Source of the DNA: Rhodospirillaceae bacterium
GTDB taxonomy: Bacteria > Pseudomonadota > Alphaproteobacteria > Rhodospirillales > Rhodospirillaceae
Reading direction: 5' to 3'
DNA: 32,000 nucleotides
Assembly (NCBI GenBank): GCA_965279655.1
Contig: OZ257255.1
Coordinates: 2,356,909 to 2,388,908 of the forward strand
Shown: positions 1 through 9,739 of the stretch, in pieces
Layout: every line of letters begins with the position of its first letter
How positions within the stretch are numbered: position 1 is the stretch's first letter
Notes under the pieces: model-generated
What the model was told of the DNA's origin: nothing
Database searches by the model: none
Seen by the model: the letters and a program-made list of their open reading frames with translations, nothing else
Program-made: the position numbers and the translations under genes

Positions 1-1
1 A

Positions 2-958
2 CTCTCCCGCGACTATCACGAGCGCGCGCGCATCACCGGCATCCGTGAAGGCATCATGCTGCTCGGCATTGTCGTCGCCGGCGCGATCCCGGCGATCGCG
101 GCGAACATGGGGCGGCCGGAGAGCGATGCACTCGCGGCGATCTCCTGGACGGCGGCCTTCCTCGGTCTACCGTTCTTTGCGCTTCTGCTATGGCGCGTGC
201 CCGAAGGCAAGGTTGCGACGATCGCGCCGGACGCGCGCCTGCCCTTCTCCGAATTGATGCGAGCCTTGCGCGATAATCGTCCGTTCCTGCGGCTGCTGCT
301 GGCGTGGTTCGTGAACGGACTCGCGAACGGAATTCCAGCCGCCCTGTTCCTGCTCTACCTCGAACATGCGCTGCGCGCCGATCAGGGCCAGCGCAGCGCC
401 ATGATCCTGATCTATTTCATCGCCGCGGTGGCAGCGATTCCGCTGTGGCTACGGGTGAGCGCGCGGTGGAGCAAACATCGCGCCTGGTGCGCCGCGATGC
501 TCCTCACCTGTGTCGCCTTTGCCTTCGTGCCGCTCCTGGCGCCAGGACAAATCTGGGCGTTCGGCGTGGTCTGCCTCCTGACCGGCATCGGGCTCGGCGC
601 GGATCTCGCCTTGCCGCCGGCCCTTCAGGCCGACGTGGTGGACTACGATACCTTCCGCCACGGCCAGCACCGGGCGGGGTTGTTCTTTGCCTTGTGGAGC
701 ATGTCCACCAAGCTGGCCCTCGCTTTTGCCGTGGGAATTGCCTTCCCGGTCCTGGCTGCCTTCGGCTTCAAGACCGGCGTCGTGAACGCCGACCGCGCAG
801 TGGTTGCACTTGCTGTGATCTATGCTTGGGTACCGGTCGTATTGAAGGTGATTGCGGTGTCGCTCGTGTGGGCCTTCCCCCTTACCCCTACGCGCCAACG
901 GGCCATCCGCAAGCGACTGGAGAGGCGGGCGCAATTATGGCGGTCAGATTTGGTCTAG
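2..958 (+). CDS. MFS transporter, GPH/MelB-like (C-terminal ~318 codons; the 5' end lies upstream of the window)
   Basis: Frame 2 is open from base 2 (LSRDYHERARITGIREG precedes the track Met at 56). It contains several hydrophobic spans and stops at 956-958. The sequence resembles the C-terminal half of glycoside-pentoside-hexuronide type MFS symporters. Confidence 0.75.
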   Translation, partial: LSRDYHERARITGIREGIMLLGIVVAGAIPAIAANMGRPESDALAAISWTAAFLGLPFFALLLWRVPEGKVATIAPDARLPFSELMRALRDNRPFLRLLLAWFVNGLANGIPAALFLLYLEHALRADQGQRSAMILIYFIAAVAAIPLWLRVSARWSKHRAWCAAMLLTCVAFAFVPLLAPGQIWAFGVVCLLTGIGLGADLALPPALQADVVDYDTFRHGQHRAGLFFALWSMSTKLALAFAVGIAFPVLAAFGFKTGVVNADRAVVALAVIYAWVPVVLKVIAVSLVWAFPLTPTRQRAIRKRLERRAQLWRSDLV

Positions 959-1512
959 CCGTGGTGGCCCTGCTGATCCTCAGTGGATGCAGCACAATGA
1001 AACCGGAAGACTTCGCCCACACCCAGCCGCGTTTTGCGCTGGAAGACTATTTCGCCGGCAGAACGACGGCCTGGGGCATGTTCGTCGACCGCTTCGGCAA
1101 AGTGCGCAGCCAATTCGTCGTCGATATCGACGGCACCTGGGACGGCACGACCCTGACCCTCGATGAGCGCTTCACATACGCGACCGGCGAGCGGGATCGA
1201 CGCGTGTGGAAGATCACGAAACAGGACGCCAACACCTATACCGGCACGGCCGGTGACGTCATCGGCGTCGCCCGCGGACGCAGCTTCGGCAACGCGCTGA
1301 ACTGGACCTATCGCATGAATTTGAAAGTCGGCGACGGCACCTGGAAGGTGCAATTCGATGACTGGATGTTCCTGCAGCCACAGGGCGTGATGCTGAATCG
1401 CGCGGTGGTGAGCAAGTGGGGCATCGAACTCGGCCAGGTGCAACTGGCATTCCGAAAGGCTGAGGCGCGCGTCGCGCAGGACAACACGCCGCAGCAGCAG
1501 GCGGCGGAGTAG
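937..1512 (+). CDS. DUF3833-family lipoprotein
   Basis: ATG at 937 is in the frame of track ORF 304..1512 and overlaps the MFS gene end. The N-terminus MAVRFGLAVVALLILSGC carries a lipobox (LSGC). The body (DYFAGRTTAWGMFVDRFGKV...WKVQFDDWMFL) matches my recollection of DUF3833. The upstream 210 codons of the track ORF overlap the MFS gene in another frame and are rejected. Confidence 0.75.
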   Translation: MAVRFGLAVVALLILSGCSTMKPEDFAHTQPRFALEDYFAGRTTAWGMFVDRFGKVRSQFVVDIDGTWDGTTLTLDERFTYATGERDRRVWKITKQDANTYTGTAGDVIGVARGRSFGNALNWTYRMNLKVGDGTWKVQFDDWMFLQPQGVMLNRAVVSKWGIELGQVQLAFRKAEARVAQDNTPQQQAAE

Positions 1513-2190
1513 CTACACGCCGCATTTCACGCAGCGGAACTCCACTACCGAGCCATCCTTCTTGTTGGTGAATTTCATCTGCACCCACCGGCCACCGGCA
1601 TACCATACCTCGGTGTTGCTGAGGTCGCCGAGATAGCGGTAGCGCTGCGCCTCCATGGGTATGCCGGCAACAATCAACCTGTCGCGACCGAGCTTTGTCG
1701 CGGGTCCCTCGCGCAATACACCGTCGAGTGTGTCGAGCGTGTCGCGTGCGAGCGGCTGATCCGGATTCCAGTGAGTCGTCGGCACGATGCTCCCCGGCGC
1801 GGTCACCGGTCCCTTCTTGCCGCCTGTCACTTTGATCGTGTCGCCTTCGCGGCGCGCCGAAACGGAACTCCTCTTACCGTCGTCGTTCACCTTTGAATCG
1901 ATTGCCCACAACGTCCCGTTCGACCACATCTCCACGGCTTCGTAGTGGTAGCGGTAGCCAACGATGAACGCGACTTTCACCGCCAGGTCCATCCGGCTTT
2001 CGATCACCAAGGCGGTATCACGCCGGGTGAAGGTTGCCTGATATTGGCCGATGCGCGCGCCCTTGCGGTACACATCGAACTGGAGCGAATCACCGTACAT
2101 CGCGAACGGATCGTGGGGCGTGTGCCGCGGCGCCTCCTGCGCGCGCGCGCTCCCTACGAGCAAGACCAGAAACAGCATAAAAAGGCGCAT
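1513..2190 (-). CDS. Secreted beta-rich protein, DUF6134-like
   Basis: Signal peptide MRLFMLFLVLLVGSARAQE. The motifs YRKGARIGQY...GYRYHYEAVEMWSNGTLWAIDSKVNDDGK resemble the DUF6134 family as I recall it. Its stop abuts the DUF3833 stop (convergent pair). Confidence 0.6.
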   Translation of the reverse strand: MRLFMLFLVLLVGSARAQEAPRHTPHDPFAMYGDSLQFDVYRKGARIGQYQATFTRRDTALVIESRMDLAVKVAFIVGYRYHYEAVEMWSNGTLWAIDSKVNDDGKRSSVSARREGDTIKVTGGKKGPVTAPGSIVPTTHWNPDQPLARDTLDTLDGVLREGPATKLGRDRLIVAGIPMEAQRYRYLGDLSNTEVWYAGGRWVQMKFTNKKDGSVVEFRCVKCGV

Positions 2191-2242
2191 GGAACCTCAA
2201 TGGCCGCGCGACAAGCTGACGGCGAGAATACGCTAGACTAAA

Positions 2243-2821
2243 GTGATGGCCATGACGAACTCCCCCGACTCGCGTATGAACGCTGTTCTCTCGTTTTGGT
2301 TCGGTCCCAATCCCGCGAGCGCACGTCCGCAGTGGTTCAAGACCGATCCGGCGTTCGACCGCGCAATCACGCAGTTGTTCGGGACCGACTACGACCAAGC
2401 GCGCGCGGGCAAGCGCGCGGTCTGGGAGCAATCGGCGCGGGGTGCGCTCGCGCTGACCATCTTGCTCGACCAATTCCCGCGCAACTTGTTCCGCAAGACC
2501 GCTCGCGCCTTCGAAAGCGATGCCCTGGCGCTGCGCGTCGCCAAGCAGGCGCTCGCCGTCGGCTTCGACCAGAAGGTAACGCCGGTCCAACGGATGTTCT
2601 TCTATCTGCCGTTCGAACACAGCGAGAGTATGGCGGACCAGGAGTGCAGCCTGGAACTCATCAAGGTGTTGAACGATGCGCGCTCATTGGATTACGCCGA
2701 GCAACATGCGGCAATCATTCGGCGATTCGGCCGCTTCCCACACCGCAACGCCGTGCTCGGGCGGCAAAGCACGCCTGAGGAAATCGCATACCTAAAGGCG
2801 ACCCCACCCTCCTTCGGGTGA
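2243..2821 (+). CDS. DUF924 family protein
   Basis: The N-terminal LSFWFGP...RPQWFKTDPAFDRAI pattern is typical of DUF924. The start is ambiguous: GTG 2243, ATG 2246 or ATG 2252. Confidence 0.75.
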   Translation: MMAMTNSPDSRMNAVLSFWFGPNPASARPQWFKTDPAFDRAITQLFGTDYDQARAGKRAVWEQSARGALALTILLDQFPRNLFRKTARAFESDALALRVAKQALAVGFDQKVTPVQRMFFYLPFEHSESMADQECSLELIKVLNDARSLDYAEQHAAIIRRFGRFPHRNAVLGRQSTPEEIAYLKATPPSFG

Positions 2822-2858
2822 GTATACTGCGCACGCTCATCCACAAGAGGAGTCCGCC

Positions 2859-3251
2859 ATGCCCGCCCCGCCCGTTGTCGCCGCGATCATGCGTGGCCTC
2901 TCCGGCCGTTGCCCGGCTTGCGGCGAAGGCCGGATGTTCCGCAAATTCTTAAAAGTCGCGGATGCCTGCGAGGCCTGCGGCGAGGAACTCCACCATCACC
3001 GCGCCGACGACTTCCCCGCCTATATCGTGGTCTCGATCGTGGGCCACATCATGTTGTCGGCGGCCTACTGGGTCGAAGTCACCCTCGCGCCGGCGATCTG
3101 GATTCAGATGGTTTCGTTGCTGCCGGCCGGCGCGATCATGACGCTCGCACTGATCCAGCCGATCAAGGGTGCCGTGGTCGCGATCCAGTGGCACATCGGG
3201 ATGGACGGCTTCGGCGCCGCCAAAGCCGTCCGCGTGCAGGTTCGCTCCTAA
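2859..3251 (+). CDS. DUF983 domain membrane protein (copy 1)
   Basis: Zinc-ribbon-like CPACGEG...CEACGEE is followed by two hydrophobic spans. A GAGGAG Shine-Dalgarno lies about 7 nt upstream of ATG 2859. Confidence 0.85.
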   Translation: MPAPPVVAAIMRGLSGRCPACGEGRMFRKFLKVADACEACGEELHHHRADDFPAYIVVSIVGHIMLSAAYWVEVTLAPAIWIQMVSLLPAGAIMTLALIQPIKGAVVAIQWHIGMDGFGAAKAVRVQVRS

Positions 3252-3818
3252 CTACTTCTGCGGGGCGCGATTGGCGGCCCGCGCCGCGGCATCGTTGGAT
3301 GCACCGACCGCGGTCCCCGTTGGGGCCGTGAGCGTGTAGCCCATCTGGCGCATCATCCCGAGCACGTCATAGTCGCCCCACTGCTCGACCATCATGCCGT
3401 CCTTGTAGCGGTAGATGTCGATGCCGGTGAACTTCATCGACTTGCCGGTCGGCGGTTGGCCCATGTAGGCGCCGTCGTTCGTCGCCTCGATCGTTTGGCT
3501 GGCGATGAGCATGTCGTCTTTGCACACGATCAGGTCGTTGGTGAGCTTGCGCTTGGGAAACGCCTTCGCGGTCGCGGCCACGAAGGACTTGGTCGCCTCC
3601 GGTCCATGCGGCGCGGTTGGCGGCGCGTAGCGGCTCTTGAATTCCGGTGAGACGTACTTGTCGACCAGGCTCAGGTCGCGGCCGTTGAACACCTTGTCGA
3701 ACATTTCGAGGTAGGCCTTGAGATTGGCCTCGTTGCCCTCGCAATGGATCTCGGTCGCGGCGGCGGCAGGCGCGGCGAAAAGCAGCGCGGCGGCGAAAAG
3801 CGTCAGGCGTGCGGTCAT
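3252..3818 (-). CDS. Secreted SnoaL-like (ester cyclase / NTF2-fold) protein
   Basis: ATG at 3818 is in frame with track ORF 3252..4262 and is preceded by GGAGGA. Signal peptide MTARLTLFAAALLFAAPAAAA. The core NLKAYLEMFDKVFNGRDLSLVDKYVSPEF...FTGIDIYRYKDGMMVEQWG is typical of SnoaL-type polyketide-cyclase-like proteins. The longer track ORF would overlap ctaB and is rejected. Confidence 0.7.
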   Translation of the reverse strand: MTARLTLFAAALLFAAPAAAATEIHCEGNEANLKAYLEMFDKVFNGRDLSLVDKYVSPEFKSRYAPPTAPHGPEATKSFVAATAKAFPKRKLTNDLIVCKDDMLIASQTIEATNDGAYMGQPPTGKSMKFTGIDIYRYKDGMMVEQWGDYDVLGMMRQMGYTLTAPTGTAVGASNDAAARAANRAPQK

Positions 3819-3898
3819 GGTGTCCTCCCCGAATGGAGAGGACAGTTTGCCCGGGTCCGTTGGTTGGATTCCAGCGCCCCGCGAAGGGTGACCGCTGG

Positions 3899-4780
3899 TT
3901 AGAGGCCGAAGGTCGCCAGGGAGATGTGGCGGTCGAGCACGATCGCCAGGAACACGCCCGCCAGGTACTGCATGGAGAACAGGAAGTTCCGCCGCGCATT
4001 GTCGCGGCTCGGGTCCTGCACCAGTTGCCAGTTCAGCCACAGGAAGCGAACGCCGAAGGCCGTAGAGATCACGCCGTAGAGCAGGCCGAGTTGGCTGAAC
4101 ATCACTGGCAACAGCGCCGAGATCACGAGCAGCGCGGTATTCCCGAAAATCCACCAGGCGCAGGCCTTGTCGCCCGCGACCACCGGCAGCATGGGCACGC
4201 CGGCGGCGGCGTAGTCGTCTTTGATGAGGATGGCGAGCGACCAGAAGTGCGACGGCGTCCACAGGAACAAGGTGATCGCCATCAGCATCGGCAGAAGCCA
4301 GATGTGCGGATCGACCGCGGCGCCACCGCCGAGCACGGCGAAGCTGCCCGCCGCGCCGCCGATGATGATGTTGGTCCAGTGCCGGCGCTTCAGCCAGACG
4401 GTGTAGACGATGCCGTAGACAAACGCGCCGAGGAACAAGTGCGTCGCAACCAGCCAGTTGAAGGCCAGCACCGCGATGACGCAGCCAGACAGCAGCAACG
4501 CTCCGGCGAACCAGAGCACATGGTACGGATCGCCGAGCGTGCCGGCGGCGAGCGGGCGTTTGGCCGTGCGCGGGCTCAACCTGTCGAGGTCGCGATCGTA
4601 GAACTGGTTGAAGACCGCCGAACCGGACGACCCAAGCAGCATCGCCAGGAAGAGCAGCGCCAACTTGCGCGGGTCAACGTCGGGCGCAATCGCCGCATAG
4701 CCGGCCATCGCCGAAACGGCGATGAGGAAGCCGATCCGCAGCTTCATCAGCGTCAAATAGCTTCGGATTTGCAATGTCAT
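3899..4780 (-). CDS. ctaB: Protoheme IX farnesyltransferase (heme o synthase)
   Basis: UbiA-family polytopic protein with the Asp-rich motifs NQFYDRDLD and DDYAAAGVPMLPV. Its start ATG overlaps the stop of the upstream gene (ATGA), indicating translational coupling. Confidence 0.9.
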   Translation of the reverse strand: MTLQIRSYLTLMKLRIGFLIAVSAMAGYAAIAPDVDPRKLALLFLAMLLGSSGSAVFNQFYDRDLDRLSPRTAKRPLAAGTLGDPYHVLWFAGALLLSGCVIAVLAFNWLVATHLFLGAFVYGIVYTVWLKRRHWTNIIIGGAAGSFAVLGGGAAVDPHIWLLPMLMAITLFLWTPSHFWSLAILIKDDYAAAGVPMLPVVAGDKACAWWIFGNTALLVISALLPVMFSQLGLLYGVISTAFGVRFLWLNWQLVQDPSRDNARRNFLFSMQYLAGVFLAIVLDRHISLATFGL

Positions 4781-6252
4781 AAGGGCCTGGCACCGATTTC
4801 AGGCGCTGCAGTAGCATCGCGGGTGGGCTTCGCCAACAGCATTTTCCCCGCAAGCACGATGAAGATGACCCCACCAATGACGGCGACGCCACCGCCTCCC
4901 GCATTGAGAATCAAAGAGATTTTCTTCTCAACACTGTCGAGTCCCTGGGCCGCGCCGGCGGTCTTTCGGGCCACCCCGAACACCCCGGCGATGAAAAGGC
5001 CGACGGTTTGCACCAGGGTCCCGAGGCCGAGGGTCAGGTACATGGTGGTGCGCAGCCGCTTGCGCTCGATACGCTTATCCAGCACCGGCAGGAACACGCC
5101 GAAGGTGAGCGCCATGAATAGCAGCGTCACGGCGATCAGCATGGCGTGGTAGTGCGCCGGCGTACGGGTATCGACCGAACTCTCGAAGAATCCAATTACG
5201 CCGCCCCAGGCGAACAGCACCAGCGCCGCCGCCATGCCGCGCACTTCCGGCGCCCCGTCCCAGATGTCGTGCCAGCGCCGGCCGAGAAGCATCACCACGC
5301 TGAGCACGACCACGGCCGTCGGCCACGGCAGCACGAACCGATACATATCGGTGAACATGAGACGCTGGGCGGGATCGCCGCTTTGATAAGTCAGATAGAG
5401 CAGTGGGCCCGCCGCGGCCCCCGCGAGCAACAGCAGGACCATCGCCTTGAATACGCGTCCCGACAGGGGCGTCTCGCCGAAGGTGACGCGGCTCAGCAGA
5501 TAGAGTGCGCACAGGAACAGCGTGGTGTTCGCAAATTGCAGTACGTGGCCGCCACCCCACATCAGGAAGTCGTTGAGCCCCTCCGCATCGAACCCGTCTG
5601 GACGGCGTAGCCACGCGAGTGCGAAGCAGACCAGAGCAATGAGATGGATCACGCCGGCGCAGGCGACACCGAATGTCGTCGGTTCGGCGCGCCGCGACCG
5701 CCACAAAGCGGCCAATAGGCGCAGGATCGGTAACGCCAAGCTCAATCCCAACGCGCCCAGACCCGCGTAGTAGATCGGATCGGTCATGACAGGGATGTAG
5801 TTATTGGGTGAGGCGCTTCCGCGGCCGAGAACCAACGGAATCAGAAGGAGGAGAAAGCTGGTCGCCGCACCGCCCAGAGCGAGGCGCCCGCTCACCAGGC
5901 CACCGAGAGACATTGGCCCTGCCGCGGCATGCAAGCGACCGGTGACCAGAACGGTTAGCGCCCCCTGCACGGCGACGTACCACACCACGAATGCGAACGT
6001 GACGTGCGCGACGAGACCACGCTGGAAGAACGCTTGATTGAGGAATGGCAACGCTTTCTCGACACCGGGGATGCGCGCGACAGCGAGCACCAGCGCGAGC
6101 AGACCCGCCAGACCGAGGGCTGCGACCGAGATCGCCGACCAGCCTTGCAACTCAAGACGGAGATCGTCCGTCAGTTTTCCCGCGAAGTGTCCGTCGACCG
6201 CCACATCGACGGGTGCCGGCATGGCGCGAGCGAAGATAACCTTATCGTCCAT
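4777..6252 (-). CDS. 12-TM heme-copper-oxidase subunit I-like membrane protein; the CuB His-His pair was not found
   Basis: About 12 hydrophobic spans. His in span 2 (GLVAHVTFAFVVWY), MWGGGHVLQF in span 6 and PAHYHAMLIAV in span 10 parallel [10 protein letters not shown] and [10 protein letters not shown] of the genuine CtaD in this window. There is no HH equivalent of CtaD VWAHHMY. I am confident it is a CDS; the family assignment is tentative. Confidence 0.6.
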   Translation of the reverse strand: MDDKVIFARAMPAPVDVAVDGHFAGKLTDDLRLELQGWSAISVAALGLAGLLALVLAVARIPGVEKALPFLNQAFFQRGLVAHVTFAFVVWYVAVQGALTVLVTGRLHAAAGPMSLGGLVSGRLALGGAATSFLLLLIPLVLGRGSASPNNYIPVMTDPIYYAGLGALGLSLALPILRLLAALWRSRRAEPTTFGVACAGVIHLIALVCFALAWLRRPDGFDAEGLNDFLMWGGGHVLQFANTTLFLCALYLLSRVTFGETPLSGRVFKAMVLLLLAGAAAGPLLYLTYQSGDPAQRLMFTDMYRFVLPWPTAVVVLSVVMLLGRRWHDIWDGAPEVRGMAAALVLFAWGGVIGFFESSVDTRTPAHYHAMLIAVTLLFMALTFGVFLPVLDKRIERKRLRTTMYLTLGLGTLVQTVGLFIAGVFGVARKTAGAAQGLDSVEKKISLILNAGGGGVAVIGGVIFIVLAGKMLLAKPTRDATAAPEIGARPL

Positions 6253-6282
6253 TGATCTCGCGGCGGGTCATGGCGTCGATGC

Positions 6283-6747
6283 TCAACCTGGCGGCGCGTA
6301 CACGTGATAGAGAGTGGCATAGATCAACACCCCGGTCACCGCGACATACAGCCAGATGGGAAACGTCCAGCGGGCGATGGCGCGATGGCGCGCAAACACT
6401 GGCGCGGGTGCCGATGCGCCTCCGTTGCGCCAAGCCTTGATCGCGCGCCACGCGGTCACCGCGATCATCGGCGTCGCCACCGCGGCCAGGATCACGTGAC
6501 TGATGAGCATCGCGTAGTAGACCGGCACAACCCATCCGGTGCCGGGGAACACGAACACCGGCGCGGTGAAGTGGTAGATGAGATAACAGACGAGGAAGAC
6601 CGCGGAGACGCTCAACGCGGCGATCATCACCCGGCGATGGGCCTCGCGGCGGCCGGCCCGGATCAACGCATAAGCGGTGATCAGCAGCACCACGGACGTG
6701 GAATTGAGTGCCGCATTCACATGCGGCAGGACGGCCGTTAACTCCAT
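6283..6747 (-). CDS. DUF420 family membrane protein (CtaM-like)
   Basis: Four hydrophobic spans. The N-terminal LPHVNAALNSTSVVLLITAYALIRAGRREAHRRVM and the later YLIYHF motif are typical of DUF420, the family of Bacillus CtaM. Confidence 0.85.
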   Translation of the reverse strand: MELTAVLPHVNAALNSTSVVLLITAYALIRAGRREAHRRVMIAALSVSAVFLVCYLIYHFTAPVFVFPGTGWVVPVYYAMLISHVILAAVATPMIAVTAWRAIKAWRNGGASAPAPVFARHRAIARWTFPIWLYVAVTGVLIYATLYHVYAPPG

Positions 6748-6784
6748 GTGGCGAAAAGCCCCTAAAATGCGCAGTGAAGGCCGG

Positions 6785-6907
6785 TTACGGGCCCTGCAGC
6801 GCGGTCTTGACGATAATGCTGACGAACATGAACGCAGAGATACCGAGCAAAATCAGGCCGAACTTGCGCAAGCGCGGGTCGCCGGGCTGAGGCGTGTTGT
6901 TCGGCAT
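6785..6907 (-). CDS. 40-aa single-TM membrane peptide
   Basis: Product MPNNTPQPGDPRLRKFGLILLGISAFMFVSIIVKTALQGP. ATG at 6907 has GGAGG 8 nt upstream. It is the first gene of the DUF420 operon. The track start at 6973 has no SD, so the shorter form is preferred. Confidence 0.5.
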   Translation of the reverse strand: MPNNTPQPGDPRLRKFGLILLGISAFMFVSIIVKTALQGP

Positions 6908-7186
6908 TTCTCGGCCTCCGAGTACGTAAGGAAGGGGGCTTGTAGCGCACGCAGGTCCTGGGGAAAACCCCAAGCGCCATTGGCGGCCAAAACCGCCGTG
7001 GTTTCAAGGCGCTCGCGCCTTTACGCGTAACCCGCCTTGGGCTAGTCTCCGCCGCAACCCGCAAGCGTCGCTCGCGGGGCTCTGGCGGGGGCGCCGGATA
7101 CCCGGCAAAAATATTGAAAAGCCTGGGAAAATTCAGTTGAACCCATGGGTCCGCCCGCTTAAACGGGGGGCGCTCATGGGGTTGCA

Positions 7187-8065
7187 ATGGAGACAGATGT
7201 GAACCGTCTGACACTGGCCGTTCTAGGCGTATTTATCCCTCTTTCGACGGCTGTGGCGCAGACCGCTGACCAGTTGCCGCAACCCTCGTTCCCGCATCGA
7301 TGGCAGCTCAACCTCCAAACGCCGGCCAGCCCGGTGATGGAGAAGATGGTCGATTTTCACAATCTGCTGTTGTGGATCTGCACGATCATCTCGGTGTTCG
7401 TCCTGGCCCTGCTGCTGTACGTGGCCATGAAGTTCAACGAGCGCACCAACCCGGTGCCCTCCAAAACCACCCACAACACGCTGCTGGAAGTGATCTGGAC
7501 CGGTATCCCGGTGCTGATCCTCGCGGCGGTCGCGATCCCGTCCTACCGGCTGCTGTTCTTCGCCGACCGGATCGAGAACCCGGAAATGACCCTGAAAATC
7601 ACGGGCAACCAGTGGTACTGGACTTATGAGTACCCGGACACCGAGGTCTCCTTCGACTCCATCGCCCGTCCCGACGACAAGATCGACGTGAGCAAGGGCG
7701 AGCACCGCATGCTGGAAGTCGACAACGAGGTTTACCTGCCGATCGACACCTCGGTTCGGCTGCTTTTCAACGCCACCGACGTGATCCACGCCTGGACCAT
7801 CCCCGCGTTCGGCGTGAAGAACGACGCGATGCCTGGCCGCACCAACGAGAGCTGGGTGCGCGCCACCAAGATCGGCAAGTTCTACGGGCAGTGCTCGGAA
7901 CTCTGCGGCGTCGACCATTCGTTCATGCCGATTGTCGTGAACGTGGTCAGCAAAGAGCGTTATCAGGCCTGGGTGGCCTCAAAGAAGCAGAGCGCGTCGG
8001 CTGAGCCGACCACCAAAGCGGCGTCGGCAGAACCGGCGACCCAGCTCGCTTCCGCGCAAAATTAA
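7187..8065 (+). CDS. ctaC: Cytochrome c oxidase subunit II (aa3-type, CuA)
   Basis: Signal peptide plus 2 TM, QWYWTYEYPD, and the CuA site HAW...CSELCGVDHSFMP. There is no C-terminal cytochrome c domain; the Ala/Ser/Pro-rich tail contains a repeated SAEP(T/A)T. Confidence 0.95.
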   Translation: METDVNRLTLAVLGVFIPLSTAVAQTADQLPQPSFPHRWQLNLQTPASPVMEKMVDFHNLLLWICTIISVFVLALLLYVAMKFNERTNPVPSKTTHNTLLEVIWTGIPVLILAAVAIPSYRLLFFADRIENPEMTLKITGNQWYWTYEYPDTEVSFDSIARPDDKIDVSKGEHRMLEVDNEVYLPIDTSVRLLFNATDVIHAWTIPAFGVKNDAMPGRTNESWVRATKIGKFYGQCSELCGVDHSFMPIVVNVVSKERYQAWVASKKQSASAEPTTKAASAEPATQLASAQN

Positions 8066-9718
<1,653 letters not shown>

Positions 9719-9739
9719 CCGCCAGCTTTCGGACTGAGG

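Noticed and set aside
304-1512. N-terminally extended versions of real genes in the ORF track (304..1512, 3252..4262, 16993..17919, 18584..20287, 20284..21066, 21701..22768, 29427..30650, 27449..28273)
   Set aside because: The extensions overlap upstream genes or terminators, lack an SD, and read as low-complexity Arg/Pro-rich sequence. Internal starts with an SD and a signal peptide or family-typical N-terminus were used instead.
7114-7145. Possible FNR/FixK-type box or sigma-70 promoter (TTGAAAagcctgggaaaattcagTTGAAC) upstream of ctaC
   Set aside because: It does not fit TTGAT-N4-ATCAA, and no convincing -10 element sits at the right spacing. The evidence is too weak to call.
6908-7186. 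Possible tRNA or small RNA in the largest intergenic region (GGTTTCAAGG resembles a T-loop)
   Set aside because: I could build no cloverleaf: no acceptor stem or anticodon arm. The resemblance is limited to a few bases.
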